Translations under genes and position numbers: made by a program
Shown: piece after piece, positions 13,573-23,357 of the stretch
Layout: each line of letters opens with the position of its first letter
Position numbering within the stretch: position 1 is the first letter of the stretch
Notes under the pieces: model-generated
The model's database searches: none
What the model saw: the letters and a program-made list of their open reading frames with translations, nothing else
What the model was told of the DNA's origin: nothing
Assembly: GCF_035565035.1 (NCBI RefSeq)
Contig: NZ_DATMTD010000115.1
Span: 1,123 to 65,122 of the forward strand
Length of the DNA stretch: 64,000 bases
Source of the DNA: Oxalicibacterium sp.
GTDB lineage: Bacteria; Pseudomonadota; Gammaproteobacteria; Burkholderiales; Burkholderiaceae_D
Direction: 5' to 3'

Positions 13573-14058
13573 TCAAGCCTGTTCGAATACGCCTTCCGTG
13601 CGATTCTTGCGAACATCGTCCCACGTAAAAATCCTCGCGTTCATCGCGATGTAGACGCCATGCGGCAAGGTCTGTGCAATGCCGCAGGCAAAACCGAAGT
13701 TGAACAGCGCATCGGAATTTTTCACTTCGTAAGGAATCATCGCGCCAGTCAGCACGATGGTTTTCGGCAGTTGCGCCGTACCCAGCACCTCAGCCGTTTC
13801 CTTCATCGTGTCGGTACCGTGGATGACGACGATGCTTTTTTCATCCGCACGCAGGCAGGAGGCTGCGATGCGCTGGCGATCGGCATCGTGCATATCGAGC
13901 GAATCGAGGAAGGGCAGTTGTTCAAGCTGGATCGGCACCGTGATGCGGGCACGCTTGATGACATGCGGAAGATGGCCGTGGCCAAAACCGAGACGACCCT
14001 CGATCTCGTCATAGTGTTTATCGAAGGTACCGCCGGTGGCGATGATGCGTAGTGTCAT
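13573..14058 (-). CDS. Asparaginase N-terminal domain-only protein
   Basis: ATGGTFDK and HGTDTM catalytic motifs; only 161 aa. Confidence 0.85.
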   Translation of the reverse strand: MTLRIIATGGTFDKHYDEIEGRLGFGHGHLPHVIKRARITVPIQLEQLPFLDSLDMHDADRQRIAASCLRADEKSIVVIHGTDTMKETAEVLGTAQLPKTIVLTGAMIPYEVKNSDALFNFGFACGIAQTLPHGVYIAMNARIFTWDDVRKNRTEGVFEQA

Positions 14059-14208
14059 TTTTATGATCGCGCAGGCAAAGGATTATTTGAAATTGCTTTG
14101 CACATCATAACGCCAGCAGTGCCTGTTGCGACAACTGTTACGACATGAAATTTTCTAATTAACCTTTCCGTCACCGCGCCGAGATCCGGTGCGGTGACGG
14201 TCCACTCG

Positions 14209-16767
14209 TCAGGCCGCGATCTTCATCGCGGGATCGATCGGGATTTCCTCACCATTGAGGACGGCAAACAGGTGATCGATATTGATTGCCTGAATCAGCA
14301 GTTCGCCGCGATTGGCCTGGATGACCTCGGTCACGAGCATGCCGGTTTCCGGCGCGGCCAATGGCGTCGGCACGATTTGCGCGGGCTGGAATTCCGGCAC
14401 GCCGTGCAGTTCGCTGACCAGCAGGCCGATACTCTTGCCGTCGCGCTGGACGACGATGACCTGACTGCTGCTGTCGATCTCCGACTTCGTGCCACGCATC
14501 AGATGGCCGAGATCGAACACCCACACGAAACGACGCGACTCGCCATCGTGGTTCAGTGCGAGGATGCCGATCCGCTCGGCGCGGCTGCCCATCGACATCG
14601 AGGAAATCGCCGAGGCGGGCAACGCTTCCTGCACGTATTCCGCAGCAATGGCAAACAACGACCCGTCGACGAAGAACGTTGCGAACTCGCGTCCCGCCGG
14701 CGCAGCCGGATCGACCTCCAGTACGGCATTCACATGCTTGCCGTTTCCGGATTGCCGACGTTCTTCGCCGAACGCGTTGTAGACGACCGCGATCACGTCT
14801 TCGCGATAACCGTCGGATGTCTTGAACTCGCGATAACCGTGCGACACCGTGCAGCCGAGGATCGCGTAATGTCCATCGTGAATCACGATGCGCGAGGTGC
14901 TGCTGCCGTTTGGCAGGGCCAGCAACTCGCCATCGATTTCCAGTTGCGTGCCGACTGGCCGCGACGCATCGGTACTGGCGATGATGTGGCCGTCACGATC
15001 GACGAAGAGGGCGCTGACATCTTTCTTGTCGCCGAGCGCGCCTTTCAGCATTGCGGAAAATTCCGGCGCCGCGTCGAACACGATGCCGATACCGCCGACC
15101 ACGCTGAACTCGTTTTCCGGGTGACGGATCGCGGCGTGGTACACATACGTTGGCCGGCCGCCATACAACGGCGTCGCTTCGAACGGCGAGACGTAATACT
15201 GCTGATCGTTGGTCAGTGCGACGACCGCCTCCAACGTTCTTGCGTCGATGCTGGTGCCGATCACTTGCAGACCGTCTCCCTTGAAGTCGGTGCTGGCGAC
15301 GATGATGCCATCGCGGTCGTAGACGAAGATGCGCGTATAGACCGTGTACAGCGAATTGATGTAATCGAGGATCTCCGTAATGCGCGCAACGGTCTGCGCC
15401 GATTTATGCGGATCGGCCAGCGCAACCTGCAACTCCGGCGTCAGCGCCCACCAACGGCAGTCGTCGGATCGTTCGTACAGATTACGATCAAGCAGATCGA
15501 CCATCAGGTGCGAGACGAATTCGGAATCGCTGAGGCTGGACGACAGTACTGTTTCGTACAGATCGCGAATCGATTGCGAGAACAGTTCGTTGCTGCGCGC
15601 ACCGGTTTCGCTGATCTGCTCGAGGATGGTTTTCAGTTTCAGCAGTTCGCCGTTCTGGCCGGCGGTCATGACCTGGCCATTCCAGACGACGCGTCGAATG
15701 GTTTCCGCTGCGCTCATGATTTCGAACAGCGGCGGACAAAACGATTCGGCATGCGACAGCAGACCATCGGCGACATGTGCGTCGAGCGAGGTCAGCGCAT
15801 TTGTCGCCAGTCCGGTGAAGCCCAGTTCGACGGGAATCATCACCTGTCCCTGCCAGCCCGGCGGCCCCATGTAACCTTGATAACCATCCGCAGAAAACGT
15901 ACGCGCCAGATATTCGCGGCCTCCGTAAACCACCAGCTTCGGCTCGGCGTCACGATTGACCGGCACGACCGCACCGACCGGAATCCAGCGCGGATCGGCG
16001 CTGGCGATCACGCGGTTGCCGCCATCCAGCAGCAGCATGTTGGAGCGCTCGGCCGGATCGCGATGCGAGCGGAAGATTCCGGCCAGTTCTTCCTCGAAGT
16101 GAAAGCACAGGCACAGCACGCCGACCACCTCACCGGTTTCCGGGTGATGCATGCGGCGCGAATAGATCAGTGCTTCGTGTTTGCCTGGACGCAAGTCGGT
16201 GGCGCGAAACGTTTCGACATACGTATCCGATTCCAGCGTCTGTTCGAGCAGCGGATCGGTGCTGCCTTCGAGCGGCGTCGATTCACCGATCTGCACCAAC
16301 ACGTTGCCTGCCGTGTCGAGCAGGATGATCTCGTCATACACCGTGTATTTGTTGCGATAGGCACGCAGGCGTGCGCGAATCATGTCGCGCTCGTCATGGA
16401 TGCCGGCGACGAATGTACACAGCTCGCGATCGGTCGCGAGGAAGCCAACGTCGGCTGTGCGTTCGTACAGATTGCGCACGACGATGTCGATCACGTACTG
16501 CGCCTTGGTGCCGATTTCTTCCAGCACATTGGCGACTTTTTCACGCACCAGACTGGTCACCAGTTCCTGCTCGAGACGATTGAACCCGGCACGCGTTGCC
16601 GCCATCGTCGGCAGGATCGCTTTCGCTTCGACCGGGCAATTCATCTTGGCGGAGGCTTCGATCATGCGCCAGATCAGATTCAGTTCGCGCAGCGATTGTT
16701 CGCAACGGCTGACATCGCGCATGTAGGGAAGGAAGGTGTCAATTTGCAGCGGGGCGTGGGCGTCCAT
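14209..16767 (-). CDS. Large soluble protein with tandem Cache/PAS-like modules and a C-terminal CheW domain
   Basis: RNLYER(T/S)xD motif twice; C-terminal FATFFVDGSLFAI...DLGHLM...IGLLVSELHGV CheW-like segment; start placed at MDAHAP. Confidence 0.75.
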   Translation of the reverse strand: MDAHAPLQIDTFLPYMRDVSRCEQSLRELNLIWRMIEASAKMNCPVEAKAILPTMAATRAGFNRLEQELVTSLVREKVANVLEEIGTKAQYVIDIVVRNLYERTADVGFLATDRELCTFVAGIHDERDMIRARLRAYRNKYTVYDEIILLDTAGNVLVQIGESTPLEGSTDPLLEQTLESDTYVETFRATDLRPGKHEALIYSRRMHHPETGEVVGVLCLCFHFEEELAGIFRSHRDPAERSNMLLLDGGNRVIASADPRWIPVGAVVPVNRDAEPKLVVYGGREYLARTFSADGYQGYMGPPGWQGQVMIPVELGFTGLATNALTSLDAHVADGLLSHAESFCPPLFEIMSAAETIRRVVWNGQVMTAGQNGELLKLKTILEQISETGARSNELFSQSIRDLYETVLSSSLSDSEFVSHLMVDLLDRNLYERSDDCRWWALTPELQVALADPHKSAQTVARITEILDYINSLYTVYTRIFVYDRDGIIVASTDFKGDGLQVIGTSIDARTLEAVVALTNDQQYYVSPFEATPLYGGRPTYVYHAAIRHPENEFSVVGGIGIVFDAAPEFSAMLKGALGDKKDVSALFVDRDGHIIASTDASRPVGTQLEIDGELLALPNGSSTSRIVIHDGHYAILGCTVSHGYREFKTSDGYREDVIAVVYNAFGEERRQSGNGKHVNAVLEVDPAAPAGREFATFFVDGSLFAIAAEYVQEALPASAISSMSMGSRAERIGILALNHDGESRRFVWVFDLGHLMRGTKSEIDSSSQVIVVQRDGKSIGLLVSELHGVPEFQPAQIVPTPLAAPETGMLVTEVIQANRGELLIQAINIDHLFAVLNGEEIPIDPAMKIAA

Positions 16768-17156
16768 GATGGTCCTGACTTTCTGAAAATTGCGGGCGAC
16801 AGAGGTTGCGGGGAAGATAGCAACATGACGCATAGATGCTTCAAAGCAATTAGCAGACCAGCCGCACACATCATTATTGACATGACAACGCCGCACGCAA
16901 AACGTCCTGTCACAGCGAAGATGTGTGACGTTTGCCTGGAAAAAATTTACACATTCGCACCGGGGTGATGCGCCGGTGCACAACTTCCATTCTTCCATTA
17001 GGCGCGTTCGATGCAACATGCGCAGGATTCCGGCTTGAAAGAAAATAAAGCCCGGATAAATACGCTGCACGCATACCGATCCGGCATCGACGCAGTCAAA
17101 TCCCGCTACACTAACGCCTCATTACTTCCTGTTTTTTGCAATCAACTGTTTGCTCA

Positions 17157-17930
17157 ATGAAACCCATCGCACCCGGCACCGTGATTTTCCATCGCCATCG
17201 AGGCTATGGCGTCATCACGGCCGTTAATCTGATGACCGGCTGGATCTCGGCGCGCTTCGGCAGCGAGATGCGGACGCTCGACCTTAATCTGTCGACCGAT
17301 GAAGTCCAGCATGCCGATGGAGAGCCGATTCTGTTCCGCCGAACACCGCCCGATCCGATGCCGCACGCGCGATTGATGGCGATGGTGCGGCAACTGCATC
17401 GCGCCGGTTATCAACGCCTGTATCTGTATAGCTGGCCGAAACCGTCAGGCCTGCATCTGCGCTGGCATTTGTTTACCGGTCCGCGCAACTGGATGGAACG
17501 TCCGTGGCGTGAAGGCTGGTACGGCTCGGGAGCCGAATACAACTTCAATCCTGTGATGGGTTGGGGCGACGCCCCTGGCGAAACAACGGAAGAGCTGGCC
17601 AGCACCCTGGCACAGTTCGACCCGACCGGGATGGCACAAGCGCTGGGACGCGATGAAGATCACACGTTGTGGTTCGAGACAGTCTGTGAAGCGTTGCTGC
17701 CGGATTACACCTATTCGCTCGGCTGGAATGATCGCGACGGCCAGATACCGGACGCGTTGCCGGTCATTCCGGTGCGTCGCGGTGTGCCGCCCTACAGCGG
17801 ACCGCCGCTGCCGTGGCCGCCGGGCTGGATCAAGCTGTGGGGTGGTGGCCATCTGGCAACCACAACGGCGACCCTGCTGCCGTCTTCCAAACGCGGCCCG
17901 ACTGACGCCGAATCCGATATCGCTCGCTGA
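17157..17930 (+). CDS. Hypothetical protein (Trp/Pro-rich, two-domain)
   Basis: 257 aa ORF with coding-like codon usage; fills the gap between neighbours. Confidence 0.7.
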   Translation: MKPIAPGTVIFHRHRGYGVITAVNLMTGWISARFGSEMRTLDLNLSTDEVQHADGEPILFRRTPPDPMPHARLMAMVRQLHRAGYQRLYLYSWPKPSGLHLRWHLFTGPRNWMERPWREGWYGSGAEYNFNPVMGWGDAPGETTEELASTLAQFDPTGMAQALGRDEDHTLWFETVCEALLPDYTYSLGWNDRDGQIPDALPVIPVRRGVPPYSGPPLPWPPGWIKLWGGGHLATTTATLLPSSKRGPTDAESDIAR

Positions 17931-17937
17931 ATCGTTA

Positions 17938-18918
17938 TCAGGCTTCCGGTTGCAGCACGTTCTGTGGCGTGCCATTCGCAAAATCAATAATGTTCTGAAA
18001 CGCGCTGCGAAAATAGATTTCGTAACTGTTTTTCTCGACATAACCGAGATGCGGTGACGCCAGTACATTCTCCATTTGCAGCAACGGTGAAGTCGGCGGC
18101 AACGGTTCGCTTTCATACACATCGAGGGCGGCGTAACCGGGACGTCCCGCCCGCAGCGACGCCAGCAATGCATCCGGCGCCACCAGTTCGGCACGACTGA
18201 TATTGACGAACAGCGCATCGGGCTTCATCCGCTGCAGATCTTCCGCCGTGACGATACCGCGCGTCTGGTCGTTCAGGCGCAGGTGCAGCGACAATACATC
18301 TGCTTCGCCGAAGAAGGTTTCCTTCGATGTGGCGAAACGAAATCCATCCTGCTCCGCCGCCGCGCGACTCGTCTCGCGTCCCCATACAACGACGTCCATG
18401 CCGAATGCCTTGCCGTATCCGGCCATCTTGCGGCCGATACGGCCGTAGCCCCAGATGCCGAGCATGCGCCCCTTCAACGACGTGCCCAGCGTATTGCGCT
18501 CGGGCGACATCGATGCGACCTGCCACAGGCCGTCCTTCAGATTATTGACGTATTGCGGCAGTTTGCGCGTGGCCGCCATGATCAGCGCCCACGCAAGTTC
18601 CGATGGCGCAGTCGGATCGCCGATGCCTTCGCAGATCGTGATGCCGCGTGCCGCCGCGGCAGCAACATCGATGTGACCGCTGACTTTGCCGGTTTGCGAA
18701 ATGAGCTTGAGATTCGGCAGCTTCTCCAGCAATTGCCGCGACAACGCCGTGCGTTCACGTATCAGCACCAGCGCATCGAAATCCCGCAACCGGATTGCCA
18801 ACTGCCCGACGCCGCGTGCGTTATTGGTGAACACCTTGACGTCATGTCCGTCCAGCAGGGAGAAACAATCAAGCCGCCGTACGCTGTCCTGATAGTCGTC
18901 GAGGATTGCGATTTTCAT
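17938..18918 (-). CDS. D-2-hydroxyacid dehydrogenase family protein
   Basis: MKIAILDDYQ start, GIWGYGRIG Rossmann motif, SLHLRL, FVNISRAELV, SPHLGYV. Confidence 0.92.
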   Translation of the reverse strand: MKIAILDDYQDSVRRLDCFSLLDGHDVKVFTNNARGVGQLAIRLRDFDALVLIRERTALSRQLLEKLPNLKLISQTGKVSGHIDVAAAAARGITICEGIGDPTAPSELAWALIMAATRKLPQYVNNLKDGLWQVASMSPERNTLGTSLKGRMLGIWGYGRIGRKMAGYGKAFGMDVVVWGRETSRAAAEQDGFRFATSKETFFGEADVLSLHLRLNDQTRGIVTAEDLQRMKPDALFVNISRAELVAPDALLASLRAGRPGYAALDVYESEPLPPTSPLLQMENVLASPHLGYVEKNSYEIYFRSAFQNIIDFANGTPQNVLQPEA

Positions 18919-19010
18919 GAAAGCTCCGGGTGATAAATGATCATGCGCGATACGCAAACAGTGCGCCGTATTATCCGACAGCTGTTCGTCGTTTGTTTTC
19001 AAGCGGCGAT

Positions 19011-19036
19011 AAAAAAGCCGCTGAAAAATCAGCGGC
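19011..19036 (-). terminator. Intrinsic terminator after the DUF2061-like gene
   Basis: GCCGCTGA-aaaa-TCAGCGGC stem with 6-A tract on its left. Confidence 0.75.
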
Positions 19037-19059
19037 CTCGATCATTCGGAGTTCGGCGA

Positions 19060-19299
19060 TTATGCATTCTGTGTTTTTTGCGAGGCGACCTGCATCTGCG
19101 CTTTTTCGCGTGCATTGATCCTGTAGCGGATCTTTTCCCAGACCTTGTCATGCACCGGCATTAACATCACATTGCAGATCGGCTCGATGACAGCCGCCAC
19201 GCCGCCAAGCGCGATCGAACCGGTGAAGATGTACATGACGCTGAATGCAACTGTCATGTGCATGCCGACCTGACTGACGGTTTTTGCTGCGGTAACCAT
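19060..19299 (-). CDS. DUF2061-like small membrane protein
   Basis: KTVSQ..MHMTVAFSVMYIFTGSIALGGVAAVIEPICN...HDKVW pattern. Confidence 0.7.
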   Translation of the reverse strand: MVTAAKTVSQVGMHMTVAFSVMYIFTGSIALGGVAAVIEPICNVMLMPVHDKVWEKIRYRINAREKAQMQVASQKTQNA

Positions 19300-19457
19300 G
19301 ATGTGATCCTTTCCCTATTCGTTTGATGACTGACGCATGAGGCAAAGAGTAATCATTCTCGTTTAATAGAACAATTTGATTTATTCAACCAAAATAATAG
19401 GTGCGGGCTATTGCCTCTGATCTGGCGTAGAATCGGGTCTCAACTACCGGACAACAC

Positions 19458-19814
19458 GTGCCCCGCCAATTACTGCGCGCAGCAGCGCTGCCTTACCGAT
19501 TCATTCGCAATACCACGCACTTCCTGTGGGCAATGCAGGGACGTGAACGCACGCGCCTGTGGCATGAAATGAACGAGATGCGCGGCCTGCTGCCCTTGCT
19601 GATGAAGCGACGCAATGGCGAACGCTGGACCGACCTCGATCGCAAACGGATTCGCGTGCATCTGCACAAGTTGATGGAGTTGAGTCCCTACATGGTGCTG
19701 TTCATCGCACCGGGCGGTTTCTTCGTCCTGCCTTTACTGGCCTGGTGGCTGGATAGACGTCATCCAAAACCTGCGCCCGAACCCATCGTTACCGAACAGC
19801 AGATTCAACCGTAA
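19458..19814 (+). CDS. Hypothetical membrane protein
   Basis: 118 aa, GTG start, C-terminal LFIAPGGFFVLPLLAWWL hydrophobic hairpin. Confidence 0.65.
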   Translation: MPRQLLRAAALPYRFIRNTTHFLWAMQGRERTRLWHEMNEMRGLLPLLMKRRNGERWTDLDRKRIRVHLHKLMELSPYMVLFIAPGGFFVLPLLAWWLDRRHPKPAPEPIVTEQQIQP

Positions 19815-19925
19815 CGCTTTCCGCGGCTCCCGTTTCACGAGCTCTGCTGATGTGTTCTGCAAAAGCCTTCACCTGCCGGAACCTTCGAACGATGACTGCC
19901 TCGCCGATCACCGGGACGACAGCCG

Positions 19926-20672
19926 CTAACCGCATTGATTGGCAAGTCCGGTTTTGACGTTCGCCAAACGAACATATCGAAAACCTTCGATCACCATGCT
20001 GATCGCCACGCACACTGCCCAGGAAATCCACAGCGACCACAGGTTGTGAGAAACGAAGTGCGCGCCACGCACCACCTGTACCGCGCTCATCACCGTACCA
20101 AGTACGAGACTGCCGATCAGGATGCCGCGCGCCCATCGCGGAGCCCGCTCGCGCAACGCGAAATAACCGGCAATCAGGACGAAACCCGCAGAAGCATGGC
20201 CACCCGGCCAGCAGCGTCCCTGGCGCACCGCCATCTTCACCGTATCGAACAGTGGAAACCAGACGCTCTTGCCGCCGTACATCGCAAGGTCGTACGGGCA
20301 TGCATGCATGCTCGATCCTTTCAGCATCTGGATCACGAGTGATACCGCACCGCCCATGGCAATGAATACAAGCAATGGCCGCCGCCACGTGCGAAGACGT
20401 TGCGACCAGACGCCGGCAAGCGCCAGGCCGATGCATACCAGCCAGGCAATCACGCTCAGCTTCTTCAATACCTGATGTCCCCAGTAAAACAATCTTTTGT
20501 TGTGTTCGAGAGGAAAGGTTTGCGTGACGGGATCGAAGAACTGCTGCGACACCCAGAAATCGATGGTACCGCTGCGGGAGAGCCATACAAACAGAACGCC
20601 TGAGACGAAGAGTCCGATCAGATTGACGGAGATAAAACGGCGATAAGAATTTTCCACAACACGTTCCCGCAA
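19926..20672 (-). CDS. PAP2 family membrane phosphatase
   Basis: K.SSMHACP, CWPGGHAS, QVVRGAHFVSH phosphatase motifs. Confidence 0.85.
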   Translation of the reverse strand: MRERVVENSYRRFISVNLIGLFVSGVLFVWLSRSGTIDFWVSQQFFDPVTQTFPLEHNKRLFYWGHQVLKKLSVIAWLVCIGLALAGVWSQRLRTWRRPLLVFIAMGGAVSLVIQMLKGSSMHACPYDLAMYGGKSVWFPLFDTVKMAVRQGRCWPGGHASAGFVLIAGYFALRERAPRWARGILIGSLVLGTVMSAVQVVRGAHFVSHNLWSLWISWAVCVAISMVIEGFRYVRLANVKTGLANQCG

Positions 20673-20790
20673 AACGATTGCCCCACAGCATTCTTGCAGC
20701 GGAATACTCTGAAGTTCGAAAAGATTTGATAACGATAGAGCGTCACAAACACGCCCGTTTACATACCCTCAAGAAACTACGCCTCAGCAG

Positions 20791-20807
20791 GTTAAATTCT
20801 CGTTAAG
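20791..20807 (-). promoter_or_regulatory. Candidate PmrA/QseB-type direct repeat upstream of the PAP2 gene
   Basis: Minus strand CTTAAC-gagaa-TTTAAC (hexamer-N5-hexamer). Confidence 0.4.
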
Positions 20808-20925
20808 ACGGTCGTTTTTTGGAGTAAATTGCGGACGAGACTGGTAGCAAACGGCTAACTGGTCATCACACGAGCGTCGCCAAAATATTCGGCGCATCCC
20901 CGGATGATTTTTCAAGGAGACGAAG

Positions 20926-21282
20926 ATGGCTTACGTAGATGGTTTCGTTATTCCCGTACCGAAAAACAATATCGAAGAGTACAAGGCATTCGCCAGCAAA
21001 TTCGGCGCCATCTGGATGGAATACGGCGCACTGCAATATCGCGAATGCGTGGCAGACGATGTCAAACCCGGCAAGCTCACGTCATTCCCGCAAAGCGTGG
21101 ATTTGAAGGACGATGAAACGGTAGTGTTTTCATGGATCGTCTACCAGTCGCGCGCGCATCGTGACGAAGTCAACGACAAGGTGATGAAAGATCCACGTGT
21201 TGCCGACATGTCGCCGGACAAAATGCCGTTCGATGCGAAGCGCATGATTTTCGGCGGGTTCGAGATGGTGATCGATCTGTAA
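20926..21282 (+). CDS. DUF1428 family protein
   Basis: MAYVDGFVIPVP, TSFPQSV, ETVVFSWI, MPFDAKRMIFGGF. Confidence 0.88.
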   Translation: MAYVDGFVIPVPKNNIEEYKAFASKFGAIWMEYGALQYRECVADDVKPGKLTSFPQSVDLKDDETVVFSWIVYQSRAHRDEVNDKVMKDPRVADMSPDKMPFDAKRMIFGGFEMVIDL

Positions 21283-21347
21283 TCGGCGTGATGTGCGTCG
21301 TTTGCAATGACGCTGAATGTCTCTGCAAAGCCGTCCCCGACAGCTTT

Positions 21348-22247
21348 TTATTGCGTCGTTGATGTTGGTGATGGCGCCGGTTGCCGCAGACGAATCAAGC
21401 CTTCCTGCGCCACCGTCGCGATCAGCACACCTTCGCGGTTATACACGTGGGCGAGACACAGTCCGCGACCGCCGGAAGCATTCGGTGTATCGATCGAGAA
21501 AAGCAGCCACTCATCCATGCGGAACGGCCGGTGAAACCAGATCGTGTGGTCGAGACTGGCAATCTGCAGACGCGGATCGCCGACGGAAATGCCGTGCGGC
21601 TGCAATGACGTCCACAACAATCCGTAATCCGATACGTAAGCGAACAGGCTTTCGTGCACATACGCATCGTCGGGCAAACGCATCGGCGCGCGCATCCAGA
21701 CGTTGCGGCTGGTCGACCCGCGCGGGCCGCTCAACAGATCGCCATCGTGCGTCGCACGATAGTCCATCGGCACCGGACGGAACGGCCAGCCGCTCGTCGC
21801 CTGCTGTCGCCATTGTTCGACGCTGGAAGGAAGTGTTTCCGGATCGATCATCGGCGGCGGTGATTTTTGATGCGACAGACCTTCTTCCGGCGACTGGAAC
21901 GACGTCGACATCACGAAGATGCGTTTGCCTTCCTGCGTCGCAACCACGCGTCGCGTGCTGAAACTGCCGCCGTCACGCACACGCTCGACTTCATATTCAA
22001 TCGGCAAACGAAGATCGCCGGGCAGAATGAACAACGCATGCAGCGAATGCGGACGACGATCTTCCTGCGGCACCGTCATGTTCGCCGCATGCAGCGCCTG
22101 GCCAAGTACCTGTCCGCCGAACACGTGCGGCGCACCCATGAAATGGCTTTGCCCGCTATAGCGATCGGCGCCGCCTGTCTGCAGCGACAGCAGCGCGACG
22201 ATTTCTTCCGTGTTGAACAGCGATGGATCCGGCATGGTTATGCTCAT
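21348..22247 (-). CDS. tesB: Acyl-CoA thioesterase II
   Basis: VFGGQVLGQAL, RVRDGGSFSTRRV, AYVSDY, ASLDHTIWFH, AQEGLIR. Confidence 0.9.
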   Translation of the reverse strand: MSITMPDPSLFNTEEIVALLSLQTGGADRYSGQSHFMGAPHVFGGQVLGQALHAANMTVPQEDRRPHSLHALFILPGDLRLPIEYEVERVRDGGSFSTRRVVATQEGKRIFVMSTSFQSPEEGLSHQKSPPPMIDPETLPSSVEQWRQQATSGWPFRPVPMDYRATHDGDLLSGPRGSTSRNVWMRAPMRLPDDAYVHESLFAYVSDYGLLWTSLQPHGISVGDPRLQIASLDHTIWFHRPFRMDEWLLFSIDTPNASGGRGLCLAHVYNREGVLIATVAQEGLIRLRQPAPSPTSTTQ

Positions 22248-22256
22248 GGTTATGCG

Positions 22257-23258
22257 TCAGGACTGGCGGCGCACGTCGGCGACGATTTCATACGAACGCA
22301 CGCGTGCTGCGTGATCGAACGCCATCGTGTGGATGATGATTTCGTCCGCCTGCGTCGTGTCGAGGAAGGCCTGCAGTTTCTCGCCCACGATGGCGGCATC
22401 GCCGATGATCGATGCTCGCAACATCGATTCCACCGAAATGCGTTCATGCGGCAGCCACGCGTCATCCATGTTTTCGATCGGTGGCGGCAACTGACCGGGC
22501 GTGCCGCGTACCAGGCCAAGATGCATCTGCTGCTGCGATGTCGCCATGCGCTGCGCCTGCTCTTCGGTATCGGCGGCAAACACATTGACACCGACCATCG
22601 CGTACGGTTTCTGCAACGTGCCGGACGGGCGGAAATTCTGGCGATACAGTTGCAGTGCCGTCAGCATGTAGTCCGGCGAGAACTGACCGGCAAACGCAAA
22701 CGGCAAACCAAGATGGCCGGCAAGCTGCGCGCTGTAACTGCTCGACCCCAACAGCCAGATCGGAACATCGATGCCCTGGCCGGGAATTGCCTGCACCGGC
22801 GCATCTTCATGGGCCGGTTGAAAGAACCCGCGCAATTCATTCAATTGCCGCGGAAATTCGCTGCCGTCATCGCTGATCTCGCGTCGCAATGCACGCGCCG
22901 TCGCCTGATTGGAACCCGGCGCACGACCGAGACCGAGATCGATGCGGTTCGGATACAACGAGGCCAGCGTGCCAAACTGCTCAGCCACCACCAGCGGGGC
23001 GTGATTCGGCAGCATGATGCCGCCGGAACCGACCCGGATCGTCGACGTCGCGCCCGCAACGTGACCGATGACGACAGCGGTTGCCGCGCTGGCGATACCC
23101 GGCATGCTGTGATGTTCGGCCAGCCAGATGCGGTGATAACCGAACTGTTCAACGCGTTGCGCCAGATCGCGTGATCGACGGAAGGCATCGGCTGCATCGC
23201 CGCCGACGGTGATCGGTGACAGATCCAGCACCGACAAGGGAATATCTTTTAATTTCAT
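22257..23258 (-). CDS. LLM class flavin-dependent oxidoreductase
   Basis: [38 protein letters not shown]. Confidence 0.9.
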   Translation of the reverse strand: MKLKDIPLSVLDLSPITVGGDAADAFRRSRDLAQRVEQFGYHRIWLAEHHSMPGIASAATAVVIGHVAGATSTIRVGSGGIMLPNHAPLVVAEQFGTLASLYPNRIDLGLGRAPGSNQATARALRREISDDGSEFPRQLNELRGFFQPAHEDAPVQAIPGQGIDVPIWLLGSSSYSAQLAGHLGLPFAFAGQFSPDYMLTALQLYRQNFRPSGTLQKPYAMVGVNVFAADTEEQAQRMATSQQQMHLGLVRGTPGQLPPPIENMDDAWLPHERISVESMLRASIIGDAAIVGEKLQAFLDTTQADEIIIHTMAFDHAARVRSYEIVADVRRQS

Positions 23259-23357
23259 GGCGAATCCTGATCCTTGATCGACGCATGCGCACCTGCGCAT
23301 TCGCGTACAAGACAGATGACAGAATAACGTGAATCGGAAATCCGGTTTGGAGGTGCG

